Source: a virus | Lineage: Duplodnaviria > Caudoviricetes | Virus record (IMG/VR): IMGVR_UViG_3300036779_000075 | Span: 1 to 58,838 of that record | Length of the DNA stretch: 58,838 nt | Strand: one strand, 5' to 3' | In this document: in pieces, positions 19,230-28,689 of the stretch | Position numbering within the stretch: position 1 is the stretch's first letter | How the letters are laid out: every line of letters begins with the position of its first letter | Position numbers and translations under genes: made by a program | The notes under the pieces: generated by a model | Databases searched by the model: none | What the model was told of the DNA's origin: nothing | What the model saw: the letters and a program-made list of their open reading frames with translations, nothing else

Positions 19230-19313
19230 CGGAGGATGCGAGAGTCGAACTCGCCGCCGTGTTACCGGCCACGCTTTTCGGGAGCGTTTGGCATGCCACG
19301 TGCCGAATCCTCC
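19230..19313 (-). tRNA. tRNA-Ser(CGA), atypical C33
   Basis: Acceptor GGAGGAT/ATCCTCC, G73, anticodon arm ACGCT-CCCGAAA-AGCGT, long variable arm, T arm GCGAG-TTCGACT-CTCGC; no CCA. Confidence 0.8.
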
Positions 19314-19324
19314 TGGTCGCCGCC

Positions 19325-19330
19325 ATCGTA
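19325..19330 (-). promoter_or_regulatory. -10 element for the tRNA pair
   Basis: TACGAT on - strand 11 nt upstream of the tRNA-Ser(CGA) 5' end. Confidence 0.5.
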
Positions 19331-19426
19331 GCGGCCCAGCGCCATCTGCTTCCGCAAATACTGAGGCATTGATACTGTTCGGATAGCGGACAGTGAGTCA
19401 TCCTCAGCGAACGGCGGGAGGCGGCA

Positions 19427-19711
19427 ATGGCATCCACCACCGCAACCGCCCCCACGACGCGCACACCCACCGGTCGGCGGCGGCTGGCAGGCGTGCGCAC
19501 CGCCCTGGCGTCAAGGGTCCGCCAGGGCGTAGCGATGGCCAGCGCGGCGCGGAACCGCCTACGGATCCCCGCGCTGACCATCGCCGGACTCGGCTGCTTC
19601 GCCGCCGCCTGGTTCCAGCTGGGACTGTTCGCCGGACTGCTCGCCACGAGCGTGAGCGTGTTCGTATACCAGTGGCTCACAGCGCCCGAACCAGACAGCA
19701 GCAAGCGCTGA
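19427..19711 (+). CDS. small membrane protein preceding portal
   Basis: Two hydrophobic segments; TGATG coupling to portal. Confidence 0.7.
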   Translation: MASTTATAPTTRTPTGRRRLAGVRTALASRVRQGVAMASAARNRLRIPALTIAGLGCFAAAWFQLGLFAGLLATSVSVFVYQWLTAPEPDSSKR

Positions 19712-21108
19712 TGGCGCGCACCCTCATCGGCGCGATCGCCCAAGCCCTCACCACCAAAGCCGCCGACCCCCCGGTCCCATACGCCCGCACCGGGTACACC
19801 ACCGCCTACCTCCAGCAGGGCACCAGCGACCCCACCGCGTACATGCGCGCCTACGGCGGCAACGGCACCGTCTTCTCGATCGTCTCCATGCTCGCCAGGC
19901 AGACCGCGAAAGTGCCCTGGCACCTCTACCGCGCCGCGCCGCAAGACGGACGCCGCCGCTACACCACCGGCGACAAAGGCTCGGATCAGCGCGTCGAAGT
20001 GTTGCAGCACCACGCCATGAACCTGTGGACCAAACCCAACCAGTGGACCACCGGCTACCAGTTCCGGGAGTTGGGCCAGACCTACCTCGACCTCACCGGC
20101 GAGGACTACATCGTCATCGGCCGCGACCCCCGCGCCACGCTGCCCATGTCGCTGTGGCAGGTGCGCCCCGACCGGATGGAACCCGTCCCGCACCGTGAGA
20201 AGTACCTGGCCGGCTACGTGTACACGGGTCCGTCCGGCGAGCAGGTGCCGCTGCAATGCGACGAGGTCATCCAGCTCAAGTACCCGAACCCGTTCGACCC
20301 CTACCACGGTTTGGGGCCGATCCAGTCGATCCTCGTGGACGTTGACGCGGCGAAGTACTCGGCGCAGTGGAACCGGAACTTCTTCCTCAACTCCGCGGTG
20401 CCCGGCGGTGTGATCCAGATCGACAAGCGGCTCGACGACGACGAGTGGAACGAGTTCACCAACCGCTGGCGCGAGAGCCACCGCGGCGTCGGAGCCGCAC
20501 ACCGCGTCGCCGTGCTCGAACAAGGCGCGACCTGGGTCCCTAACGCGCACTCCGCCAGGGAGATGGACTTCGCGAACCTGCGCAACATCTCCCGCGACGT
20601 CATCCGCGAAGCGTTCGCCATGCACAAGGCGATGCTCGGCACCGTCGAAGACGTCAACCGCGCCAACGCCGAAACCGCGCAGGAACTCTTCGAAGCGTTC
20701 CTGATCACCGACCGGCTCGACCGGTGGCGCGACGTCCTCAACTGCTTCTACCTGCCCCTGTTCGGCAGCACCGGCGACGGCGTGGAGCTCGATCACGACG
20801 ACGCCGTCACCGGCAACCGTGAAGCCGACGCCCTCGAACTCAAGAGCAAGGCCGAGGCCGCGCAGCGGCTCATCGACTCCGGCCTCGACCCACACGACGT
20901 GCTCGAAGCCGTCGGCCTACCCGACATGGGCGTCGTCGAGCAAGCCACCCAGGCGCCTGCGCTCCCCCCGGCATGGGTGCCCGCCGCGCCACCCGAGGCC
21001 GCCCCGGCCGCGCCCGACGTCGACGCGCTGCTCGCGAAGTACATGCCCGAACTGCGTGAACTGCTCGAATCCCGTGCCGCCTGGAACACCCTCGCGGGCG
21101 CCCGATGA
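19711..21108 (+). CDS. Portal protein, HK97 family
   Basis: KPN, LDLTGEDY, V.PDRM, NPFDPYHGLGPI, FFLNSAVPGGVI, DVNRANAE. Confidence 0.93.
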   Translation: MARTLIGAIAQALTTKAADPPVPYARTGYTTAYLQQGTSDPTAYMRAYGGNGTVFSIVSMLARQTAKVPWHLYRAAPQDGRRRYTTGDKGSDQRVEVLQHHAMNLWTKPNQWTTGYQFRELGQTYLDLTGEDYIVIGRDPRATLPMSLWQVRPDRMEPVPHREKYLAGYVYTGPSGEQVPLQCDEVIQLKYPNPFDPYHGLGPIQSILVDVDAAKYSAQWNRNFFLNSAVPGGVIQIDKRLDDDEWNEFTNRWRESHRGVGAAHRVAVLEQGATWVPNAHSAREMDFANLRNISRDVIREAFAMHKAMLGTVEDVNRANAETAQELFEAFLITDRLDRWRDVLNCFYLPLFGSTGDGVELDHDDAVTGNREADALELKSKAEAAQRLIDSGLDPHDVLEAVGLPDMGVVEQATQAPALPPAWVPAAPPEAAPAAPDVDALLAKYMPELRELLESRAAWNTLAGAR

Positions 21109-21130
21109 CAACCGCCAGGAGGAGAGCAGC

Positions 21131-22144
21131 GTGAACGTCGTACAGCGCACCCGCCGACGCCTGAGCAACCTGCTCGCCCACCAGCAGGCCCCGGCCGAAC
21201 GCGGCTGGTACCGCATCGTGCGCAACACGGCAGACGCGACGGCCCCGACGCGGGTGGACATCTACGAGGAGGTCGGCGGCGGCGGAGGCTGGTTCTCCGA
21301 CCCTGGCGTTACCGCCGTCGACTTCGTCGCGCAGCTCGCCGCGATCACCGGCGACCTCGAAGTGCACATCAACTCCCCCGGTGGCGACGTTTTCGAGGGC
21401 CTGGCGATCTACAATGCGCTCGCTCAGCGGCCTGGGAGCGTCACCACGATCGTCGACGGCCTCGCCGCGTCGGCGGCGTCGTTCATCGCGATGGCCGGCA
21501 CGCAGCGTGTGATCTGCCCCGGCGCGATGATGATGATCCACGACGCGTCGGGGCTGTGTATCGGCAACGCCGCCGACATGCGCGAGTTGGCCGATCTGCT
21601 GGACAAGGTCTCGGACAACATCGCCGCGATCTACGCCGCGCACAGCGGGCAGCCAGCCGGATGGCGCGACGCGATGCAGGAGGAGAGCTGGTACACCGCC
21701 GACGAGGCGATCGCGGCCGGTCTCGCGCACAAGCTCGCGCAGCGGCCCGCCGAGGGCGCGCTGGACGCGGCGGCGAAGTTCGACCTGTCGGCGTACCTGC
21801 ACCCCCCGCGCCTGGCCAACGCGCCCGAGACGCCCGCAGGGACGCGCCACGGCCCGTTCACCGGCACCCACACCCACCCGCACGCCGCCAACGGCGCACA
21901 GGGCGAGGACGCCACCCACGAGCACGAGCATTCGCACGACGGTGACGCCGACCACGGGCACACGCACAGCGACGGCGCGAGCGACGCGGCGAAGGCCGCC
22001 CCCACGGCCGCGCTCAACCCGGAGCCGGCGCCAGTGGACGCCGACGGCGCCGGCGAAGACGACCACGCGGGGCTGCCCGCATGGCTCCGCGACCACGCCA
22101 CGCCCCTCCCGGCGTGGTTCAACCCCGCCCCGGAGGCGAAATGA
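21131..22144 (+). CDS. ClpP-like prohead protease with His-rich C-terminal extension
   Basis: VHINSPGGDVFEG, DGLAASAAS, MMIHDA, ESWYTADEA. Confidence 0.93.
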   Translation: MNVVQRTRRRLSNLLAHQQAPAERGWYRIVRNTADATAPTRVDIYEEVGGGGGWFSDPGVTAVDFVAQLAAITGDLEVHINSPGGDVFEGLAIYNALAQRPGSVTTIVDGLAASAASFIAMAGTQRVICPGAMMMIHDASGLCIGNAADMRELADLLDKVSDNIAAIYAAHSGQPAGWRDAMQEESWYTADEAIAAGLAHKLAQRPAEGALDAAAKFDLSAYLHPPRLANAPETPAGTRHGPFTGTHTHPHAANGAQGEDATHEHEHSHDGDADHGHTHSDGASDAAKAAPTAALNPEPAPVDADGAGEDDHAGLPAWLRDHATPLPAWFNPAPEAK

Positions 22145-23547
22145 CGATCACCATTCCCGACTCCCCGGCGGGACTCGCCGAAGTCCTCAACGACGCCGGA
22201 AAGCTGAAGGACCTGTGGGCGTCCAAGGAGGCGCTCGGCGAGTTCATCGAGGGCTACGCCAAGGCCGTCGACAAGGCCGACCGCGGCGAGATCAAGGCGG
22301 AGGCCCGCGAGCAGATGCAACTCGTGCTCGCCGAGTACCTCAAGCAGTCCGGCGCCGAGAACGCGAACGCCCCCAAGGTCGACATGTCCGACGGGCCGGC
22401 GCACCGGCTCAAGCCGTACATCAAGGATCTGCCGTCCGGGTGGCGCAAGTCGCTGCACAACAAGCGCGCCTCGGGCGTGAAAGCGGACGGGATCTTCGAG
22501 GACACGAGCGAGTTCCTGCGCGCGACCTGGCACAAGGCGAGCCAGATGCGCGACTGGGAGAAGCTCGGCCCGAAGCTGGAGAAGCTCCAGGAGATCCAGA
22601 ACAGCTACGGCTCGGAGGTTCCCGGCGACGGCGGGTTCCTGATCCCGGAGGAACTGCGTTCGGAGATCCTTCAGGTCGCGCTGGAGACCGCGGTCGTGCG
22701 GCCGCGGGCCACCATCATCCCGATGTCCAGCCTGCGCGTCCCGATCCCGATGATCGACGACACGTCGCACCAGTCGAGCATCCTGGGCGGTGTCGTCGGC
22801 TACTGGACCGAGGAAGCGGCGGGCTTGACCGAGTCGCAGGCCAGCTTCGGCCGCGTCGAACTCGATGCCAAGAAGTTGACGGCATACGCCGAGGTCCCCA
22901 ACGAACTTCTGGCGGATGCCCCGGCATTCGAGGGCTTCTTCTCCGGCACCTTCCCCAAGGCGATCTCCTGGTTCGAGGACGTGGCGTTCCTCGTCGGGAC
23001 CGGCGCCGGCGAACCGCAGGGCTTCGTCAATTCCCTGGTGTCCGTGTCGCAGGCCGCCGAGGGGGGGCAGCCCAGCAAGACGATCGTCTGGGAAAACATC
23101 ATCAACATGTACTCCCGGATGCTCCCCACGTCGCTGGGCCGGGCGGTGTGGATCGCGAGCATCGACACCTTCCCGCAGCTCGCGACCATGTCCCTTTCCG
23201 TCGGTACCGGCGGCGGCCCGGTGTGGATCGGGAACATGTCCGGCGGCCAGGGCGGCATGGACACGCCCCCGGTCACCATCCTCGGGCGCCCGGTGTTCTT
23301 CACGGAGAAGACCGGCCCACTGGGTTCCGCCGGCGACATCAGCCTTGTGGACCTGTCGTACTACCTGATCGGCGACCGCATGCAGATGCAGGTCTCCGCG
23401 TCCCCGCACTACAAGTTCGCCAGCGACAGGACGGCCTACCGGGTCGTGTCCAGGGTCGACGGGAAGCCGTGGCTCCAGTCGCCCATCACCCCCCGCAACG
23501 GCGGCCCCACCCTCTCGCCCGTCGTGCAGCTCACGGCCCGCCAGTGA
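22141..23547 (+). CDS. Major capsid protein, HK97 fold
   Basis: DGGFLIPEE, WTEE, FGRVEL.AKKL, GTGAGEPQG, ILGRPV, GDI.LVDLSYYLIGDR, RVDG. Confidence 0.95.
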   Translation: MTITIPDSPAGLAEVLNDAGKLKDLWASKEALGEFIEGYAKAVDKADRGEIKAEAREQMQLVLAEYLKQSGAENANAPKVDMSDGPAHRLKPYIKDLPSGWRKSLHNKRASGVKADGIFEDTSEFLRATWHKASQMRDWEKLGPKLEKLQEIQNSYGSEVPGDGGFLIPEELRSEILQVALETAVVRPRATIIPMSSLRVPIPMIDDTSHQSSILGGVVGYWTEEAAGLTESQASFGRVELDAKKLTAYAEVPNELLADAPAFEGFFSGTFPKAISWFEDVAFLVGTGAGEPQGFVNSLVSVSQAAEGGQPSKTIVWENIINMYSRMLPTSLGRAVWIASIDTFPQLATMSLSVGTGGGPVWIGNMSGGQGGMDTPPVTILGRPVFFTEKTGPLGSAGDISLVDLSYYLIGDRMQMQVSASPHYKFASDRTAYRVVSRVDGKPWLQSPITPRNGGPTLSPVVQLTARQ

Positions 23548-23807
23548 ACGGCGTCAAGAACGTCCAGGCCAAGGACGCGCGCGCCGTACGCAAGGCCATC
23601 GACGAGAACGAAGAGTTCGTGCTGTTCGACGGCGACGAGCCCCTGTACCGGTGCACCCCGGTCGCGCAGGCGCTGGAGAAGGACGCCAAGCGCTTCCACT
23701 ACTACCCGCACGACCCGGCCGAGTGCCTGTACACCTGCTGGCGCCACCCGCGGGTGGCCGAGCAGGCGCCGCACGACGAGCAGCCGGTACCGGCCACAAC
23801 CCCGTAG
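23544..23807 (+). CDS. hypothetical protein
   Basis: GTGA overlap with the capsid stop. Confidence 0.55.
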   Translation: MNGVKNVQAKDARAVRKAIDENEEFVLFDGDEPLYRCTPVAQALEKDAKRFHYYPHDPAECLYTCWRHPRVAEQAPHDEQPVPATTP

Positions 23808-23904
23808 CACCCCGCAGCGCGCCGGCAATCAACCCCCGGTGCCCGGAACAGCAAGCGCGCAGTGACGCCCGCGCCCAAGAACCCAGTCGGAGAGGCACGC
23901 CACC

Positions 23905-24342
23905 ATGGCACAGGAATTCCTGGGCAAGTACGGCAACGTCCTGCTCGCCGCGTCCGGTGTCGCGATCAACATGAGCGAGTGCGTGGGTGTCGCGTTCTTC
24001 GGGACGAACGACAACACCTACACCCTCACCCTGTCCACCTCGTTCGGCGGCTCGTACAGCCAGCCGGCGGGGTGGAACCCGATCACGCACTACTACACCA
24101 ACGCGGACAACGGCGCCGGAACCAGCGCCTGGTCGGACAAGGTGACGCAGGCCGCGAGCAACGTGGTGACGATCGCCACGGACATCGCGGTGTGCATCCA
24201 CCTGTTCGGGTCGATGGTCCCGGACACGTACAAGTACGTGAAGTGCACCGCGTCCTCGCCCGGCGACGGCACCCTGGTCGCGGTGCTCTACGAGCTGAAC
24301 GCGCCGCGCAAGCCGGTCAACCTCCCGAAGATCTCGGCGTAG
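23905..24342 (+). CDS. putative head decoration/virion protein
   Basis: GGAGAGG RBS; beta-rich; position after capsid. Confidence 0.65.
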   Translation: MAQEFLGKYGNVLLAASGVAINMSECVGVAFFGTNDNTYTLTLSTSFGGSYSQPAGWNPITHYYTNADNGAGTSAWSDKVTQAASNVVTIATDIAVCIHLFGSMVPDTYKYVKCTASSPGDGTLVAVLYELNAPRKPVNLPKISA

Positions 24343-24352
24343 GCGGCGGGCG

Positions 24353-24850
24353 ATGGCGAACTTCAACTCGGGCAAGCAGCTGCGCAGGCTGCTGTACGGC
24401 ACCCAGGTCATCAAGGCCGCGCAGACGCCCCCCAACTCGGGATCCTCGGCGACGCTGTTCACGGTCGCGGGCGGCATGGTCCTGGTCACGTCGCTGGTGG
24501 GCCGGGTCACCACCGTCCTGTCCGGGACGACCGGCGCGATCTCCCTCGGCGCCACCCCGACCGTGGGCGCGGCGGGCGCGCAGGTGGCGGGTATCGCGGC
24601 GGCCACGGTGGTCGGCGGCGGCGAGGTCGGGGCCGCGTTCGCGGTGGCGGCCACGATCGCCGGCGCCCCCACCACGCTGGCGAACGGCGGGGCGAGCGCC
24701 GTGGCGGGCAAGTCCCCGTTCCTGGCGCAGTCGGCGTTCACCGTGCAGGCCGGTGTCATCACGATCACCACGTCGGTCGCGACGATGACCGGCGCGATCG
24801 ACTGGTACCTGACGTACGTGCCGCTGGACGACGGGGCGGCGGTTTCCTGA
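24353..24850 (+). CDS. virion structural protein (paralog A)
   Basis: Gly/Ala/Thr-rich; similar to next gene. Confidence 0.7.
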   Translation: MANFNSGKQLRRLLYGTQVIKAAQTPPNSGSSATLFTVAGGMVLVTSLVGRVTTVLSGTTGAISLGATPTVGAAGAQVAGIAAATVVGGGEVGAAFAVAATIAGAPTTLANGGASAVAGKSPFLAQSAFTVQAGVITITTSVATMTGAIDWYLTYVPLDDGAAVS

Positions 24851-24851
24851 C

Positions 24852-25364
24852 ATGGGCGTGAACCCGGCCGCGCAGGCGGCGCAACTGTTCGCTTCGGCGT
24901 ACGGGGCGCTGGTGACCGGCGGCGCGAAGACGCTGCCCGCCACCACGAGCGGCGACATTTTCACCGTGTCGGGCGGCCGGGTCATCGTCACGAGTCTCAT
25001 CGGTGTCGTGTCCACGGCGATCCAGGCGCAGGCGACGATGCTGTCCGTGGGCAACAAGCCGACGGGCGGCGCGTCCGCCGTCGCGACGCTGTGCGCGACC
25101 GCCGACCTGAACGGCAAGCCGGTCGGCACGTCCCTGGCCGTGCCTCTGACCAAGGCCAGCGCGCTGATCGTGTCCGGTGCGGACGGGACGCTCGTGTGGA
25201 ACGGCGCTTCCGGAGCGCAGGGCGTTGTGCTCGAATCGGGCGGCCTGGCGCTGGTGCCCGCCGGGTCGATCCAGGTGACCACCGGTGCGACGAGCACGGG
25301 CGCGATCACCTGGTCGGTGACGTACGTGCCTTATGACGCGGGCGCGACGGTGGTGGCTGCCTGA
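24852..25364 (+). CDS. virion structural protein (paralog B)
   Basis: IFTVSGGRVIVTSL.G.V.T and GAI.W..TYVP.D.GA.V shared with paralog A. Confidence 0.7.
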   Translation: MGVNPAAQAAQLFASAYGALVTGGAKTLPATTSGDIFTVSGGRVIVTSLIGVVSTAIQAQATMLSVGNKPTGGASAVATLCATADLNGKPVGTSLAVPLTKASALIVSGADGTLVWNGASGAQGVVLESGGLALVPAGSIQVTTGATSTGAITWSVTYVPYDAGATVVAA

Positions 25365-25684
25365 TGCCGAGGATCACTGTCGCTGGCGGCCCGACCAACG
25401 CCGCCGCGCGGCCGGGCGAGGTCGGCTACATCGGGCCTGACGCCGCGGCCACAGAGGACGCCGCCGCGCCGGCACCCGAGGCGCCCGCTGTGCCCGCGGC
25501 GGCGCAGGGCACCGGACCGGGAACCTCCCCGACACCCGGTCCGGTGCCCGACTACGCGTCGATGACACTCACGCAGCTGCGTGAGCAGGCCAAGGAGCGC
25601 GGGCTGACGGTCGGCGGCTCCAAGGCCGACCTGACGGCGCGGCTGGCCGGTCAGGACCCTGTGGCGCCGGGCGGGGAGTCCTGA
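25364..25684 (+). CDS. SAP/Rho-N (HeH) domain protein
   Basis: YASMTLTQLREQAKERGLTVGGSKADLTARL. Confidence 0.85.
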   Translation: MPRITVAGGPTNAAARPGEVGYIGPDAAATEDAAAPAPEAPAVPAAAQGTGPGTSPTPGPVPDYASMTLTQLREQAKERGLTVGGSKADLTARLAGQDPVAPGGES

Positions 25685-25689
25685 TGGAT

Positions 25690-25848
25690 ATGAGCGTGTG
25701 GCAGTGCGGCGAATGCGGCTGCCAGAGCATCGCCTACGGCCTTGAGTTGTGCCCGCAGTGCGGGGCACCGAAGGCCGCTCAGGCACCTGCGGATGCCGCG
25801 CCGAAGCGCGCCTCGAAAGCCGCGGCGGCGGCACAGGGGGGTGCCTGA
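25690..25848 (+). CDS. small Zn-ribbon protein (52 aa, not in ORF track)
   Basis: MSVWQCGECG...CPQCGAPK. Confidence 0.7.
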   Translation: MSVWQCGECGCQSIAYGLELCPQCGAPKAAQAPADAAPKRASKAAAAAQGGA

Positions 25849-25850
25849 CC

Positions 25851-26108
25851 GTGTCGTGGTTCCAGCTGCTCGATATCCGCAGGCAGGCGCGGGCGGAGTT
25901 CGAGCGCGACCCGATGGTCGTGGGGCCGCCGTCGGCGTGCCCGAACGACGGCGAGCCCCTGCTGCCGGGGCCGCCGTCGGAGTCCGGGATCTGGTTCTGC
26001 CCGTACGACGGCTGGCAGTACCCCCGCGACTGGGTGCGGCCTGAGCCGCCCGCGGGCCTGTTCGACGGGGTCGCGGAAGGACCCGGCTCCTACGGCGGAC
26101 TGCCGTAG
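25851..26108 (+). CDS. small CxxD...CxxD protein
   Basis: ACPNDGEPL...FCPYDGWQYP. Confidence 0.7.
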   Translation: MSWFQLLDIRRQARAEFERDPMVVGPPSACPNDGEPLLPGPPSESGIWFCPYDGWQYPRDWVRPEPPAGLFDGVAEGPGSYGGLP

Positions 26109-26210
26109 TTCGCGATGTGCGCCACAACTGAATACGCACTCCGAAGGCCACCCCGCCAGGGGTAATCGGACGAGAAAGCAAGGTCCAGTCGTAAGGAGGT
26201 GAACACGCCA

Positions 26211-26762
26211 GTGAAGGCGACGCACGGCCACACGAAGAAGCACGCCGGCGGGACGAAGCACGCCGGGTCGGCGAAACACAAGCCGTCGGCGGCGCAGCAG
26301 GCCGCGCGCAAGAAGTTCCAGCAGGCCGGTGCACACGCCGCGCACCTGCACGCCGTCGCCAAGCACCAGGGACACCCGAAACCGGCGAAGTGGTCGCCGT
26401 GCGCGGGCGTGGCGTGCTGCGCCGTGGAGGCCCTCGCCGCGTCCCTGCAACTCGCCGGCCACCCCGCCACCGGCGCGGACGTGCTGGACCTGTACTGGCG
26501 TATCACCGGCGACCCGGACGCCGGCGCGACGATCGAGGCGGCGATCGAAGCCGCCGCCGAGTACGGGCTCGCCGGCGTCCGACCGCTGGACGCCCGCCCC
26601 GCCAAGCGCCTGACGGACGGGGTGGTGCTCGGTGTGGACCTGGCGCAGCGGCACGCTCTGACCCTCGACGGGCACGGCGTGTGGACCTGGGGCCAGTGGC
26701 GCCCGGCGTCCTGCGGGCTGCTCGCCACGGCCAATGAGGCGTGGGAGCTGACATGGCCGTAA
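26211..26762 (+). CDS. basic His/Lys-rich N-terminus + possible papain/C39-like domain
   Basis: AAGGAGG RBS; CCAVEALA...DAGATI...HAL...WTWG. Confidence 0.55.
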   Translation: MKATHGHTKKHAGGTKHAGSAKHKPSAAQQAARKKFQQAGAHAAHLHAVAKHQGHPKPAKWSPCAGVACCAVEALAASLQLAGHPATGADVLDLYWRITGDPDAGATIEAAIEAAAEYGLAGVRPLDARPAKRLTDGVVLGVDLAQRHALTLDGHGVWTWGQWRPASCGLLATANEAWELTWP

Positions 26763-27832
26763 CCACACCCGCCTACTGCTCCCGCGAGGACGTCAAACGG
26801 GCCGTCGACATCAAGGAAACGGCGCGCGTCAACTGGCAGATCGACCGCGCCATCCAGTCCGTCGCCCGCGTCATCGAGAAGCACCTGCACCGCCGGTTCT
26901 ACCCCGAGGACACCACCCGCTACTTCCCGTGGCCGAACTTCCAGTACGCCTACCCGTGGGTGCTGTGGTTCGACCAGTGGGACCTCGCGATCCCCACCTC
27001 GGTCACCACCGGCACCGCAGGAGGCACGCAGGGCGGTGTCACGATCCCGCTCACAGTGTGCAACTTCGAACCGGTCAACTCGGGGCCGCCGTTCACCTAC
27101 CTTGAGCTGCGCCGCGACATGAACTACGGCTTCGGCGTGGGCCCGACACCGCAACGCGACATCGCGATCACCGGCACGTGGGGGTACTGGGCGTTCACCG
27201 ACCCGGCCGGGTCGCTCGCCGCCGCGATCACCACGACCACGGCGAGCGCTGTGACCGTCTCGGACGGGTCTAAGGTCGGCGTCGGCGACCTGCTGATCGT
27301 CGACTCCGAGCGGATGCTGATCTCCGACCGCTCCAGCACGGACACCGGGCAGACCAACCTCACCGGCATCACCACCGCGTCCAGCGGCGACGTCGCCATG
27401 GGCGTGACCGACGGCACGGCGCTGCACATCGACGAGGTCATCCAGCTCGACTCCGAGCGCATGCTGATCGTCGACATCACCGGCAACACCGCCACGGTCA
27501 AGCGCGCCTGGGACGGCACCGTCCTGGCCGCCCACTCGGCCGGTACGCACGTATACGCATTCCGCACCCTCACGGTGCTACGCGGGCAACTCGGCACCCA
27601 GGCAGCCACCCACCAGAACGCTGCGCCAGCCAGCATCCACCGCGTTCCGCAGCCGGCCCGCGACCTAGCGATCGCCGAAGCCACCAACCGGGTCACCCAA
27701 GAAATCGGCGGCTACTCCGACCCCGAGGGCGAAGGTGGCAGCGCCGTCAAGGGCCTCGGCAGTTCGCTAGCGGACCTGTGGGACGAGGCCGAGACCACCC
27801 TCGGCCGCAAGGCCAGGAGGCGCACGATCTGA
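26753..27832 (+). CDS. Head-to-tail adaptor with inserted repeated beta modules
   Basis: YCSREDVK, RVIE..LHRRFYP, ITGTWGY; duplicated DSERML(I/V) module. Confidence 0.75.
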   Translation: MAVTTPAYCSREDVKRAVDIKETARVNWQIDRAIQSVARVIEKHLHRRFYPEDTTRYFPWPNFQYAYPWVLWFDQWDLAIPTSVTTGTAGGTQGGVTIPLTVCNFEPVNSGPPFTYLELRRDMNYGFGVGPTPQRDIAITGTWGYWAFTDPAGSLAAAITTTTASAVTVSDGSKVGVGDLLIVDSERMLISDRSSTDTGQTNLTGITTASSGDVAMGVTDGTALHIDEVIQLDSERMLIVDITGNTATVKRAWDGTVLAAHSAGTHVYAFRTLTVLRGQLGTQAATHQNAAPASIHRVPQPARDLAIAEATNRVTQEIGGYSDPEGEGGSAVKGLGSSLADLWDEAETTLGRKARRRTI

Positions 27833-28293
27833 TGGCCTTCGACTATCAGGCGCTGGTCGACGCGGTGCAGTCCTACGCCGAGCAGACCGGCGTGTTCGAG
27901 AACCCGGTCGCCACCCACGAGCCCAAGTCCCGGCCGGGGCCGGGCGTGACCTGCTCGACGTGGGTCGAGGAGATCTCCCCCATCCCGGCGGCGTCCGGGC
28001 TGAACGCGGTCACCGGGCTGGTCACGATGACGGTGCGGCTCCAGACCCCGTTCATCCAACAGCCGGCCGACCAGATCGACCCGACGCTGATGCGCGCGGT
28101 CGGCGCGGTGATGGGCCAGTTCGGCGGCGGGTTCACCCTCGGCAACGTCGTGCGCAACGTGGACCTGCTCGGGATGCACTCGCAGGGGCTGCGCGCCAGG
28201 GCCGGGCACGTCAACCAGGACGGCACGAACTACCGGGCGATGGACATCTCCCTGCCGCTGATCGTCAACGACCTGTACGGGGAGGCGCCCTGA
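27832..28293 (+). CDS. Tail terminator/completion-like protein
   Basis: Position, size, GFTLGNVVRNVD. Confidence 0.6.
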   Translation: MAFDYQALVDAVQSYAEQTGVFENPVATHEPKSRPGPGVTCSTWVEEISPIPAASGLNAVTGLVTMTVRLQTPFIQQPADQIDPTLMRAVGAVMGQFGGGFTLGNVVRNVDLLGMHSQGLRARAGHVNQDGTNYRAMDISLPLIVNDLYGEAP

Positions 28294-28688
28294 TGGGCAG
28301 CACGATCAATATCCACGGGCCGCTGTTCGACGGGGTGGCCGCGAAGGAGCTCAAGACGGCGGTGCTCGCGGTGCAGAAGGAGGTCGCGGACTACGCGCTG
28401 TTCCAGTGGCAGCTGAACCTCGAAGGCTCGTTGCAGAACCCGACCGGCGCGTACCAGTCGCAGCTGAACGTGCTGCGCCGCGGCCCGGATCTGGTGGTGA
28501 ACGACGGCTGGCCGGGTTCGGGGCTGGTGTACGGGCCGTGGCTGGAGGGTGTGGGCACGCGCAACAAGTCGACGCGGTTCAAGGGCTATTTCGCGTTGCG
28601 GCGGGCGGCTAACTCGGTTGCGCAGAAGGTCACCGTGATCGCGCAGCCGATCATCGACAAGTTCATCGTCAAGGCGAACGGAGTCTGA
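28293..28688 (+). CDS. HK97 gp10-like neck protein
   Basis: PTGAYQS...VYGPWLEG.G...FKGY. Confidence 0.65.
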   Translation: MGSTINIHGPLFDGVAAKELKTAVLAVQKEVADYALFQWQLNLEGSLQNPTGAYQSQLNVLRRGPDLVVNDGWPGSGLVYGPWLEGVGTRNKSTRFKGYFALRRAANSVAQKVTVIAQPIIDKFIVKANGV

Positions 28689-28689
28689 C

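Noticed and set aside
19143-19313. tRNAs as integration site, or as amber suppressor for TAG 58168
   Set aside because: They are full-length, far from int, not duplicated, and their anticodons are GCT and CGA, not CTA.
26125-26185. Hammerhead ribozyme (CTGA...GAAA)
   Set aside because: The core reads CTGAATA rather than CTGANGA, and the three stems cannot be assembled; kept only as a generic structured-RNA candidate.
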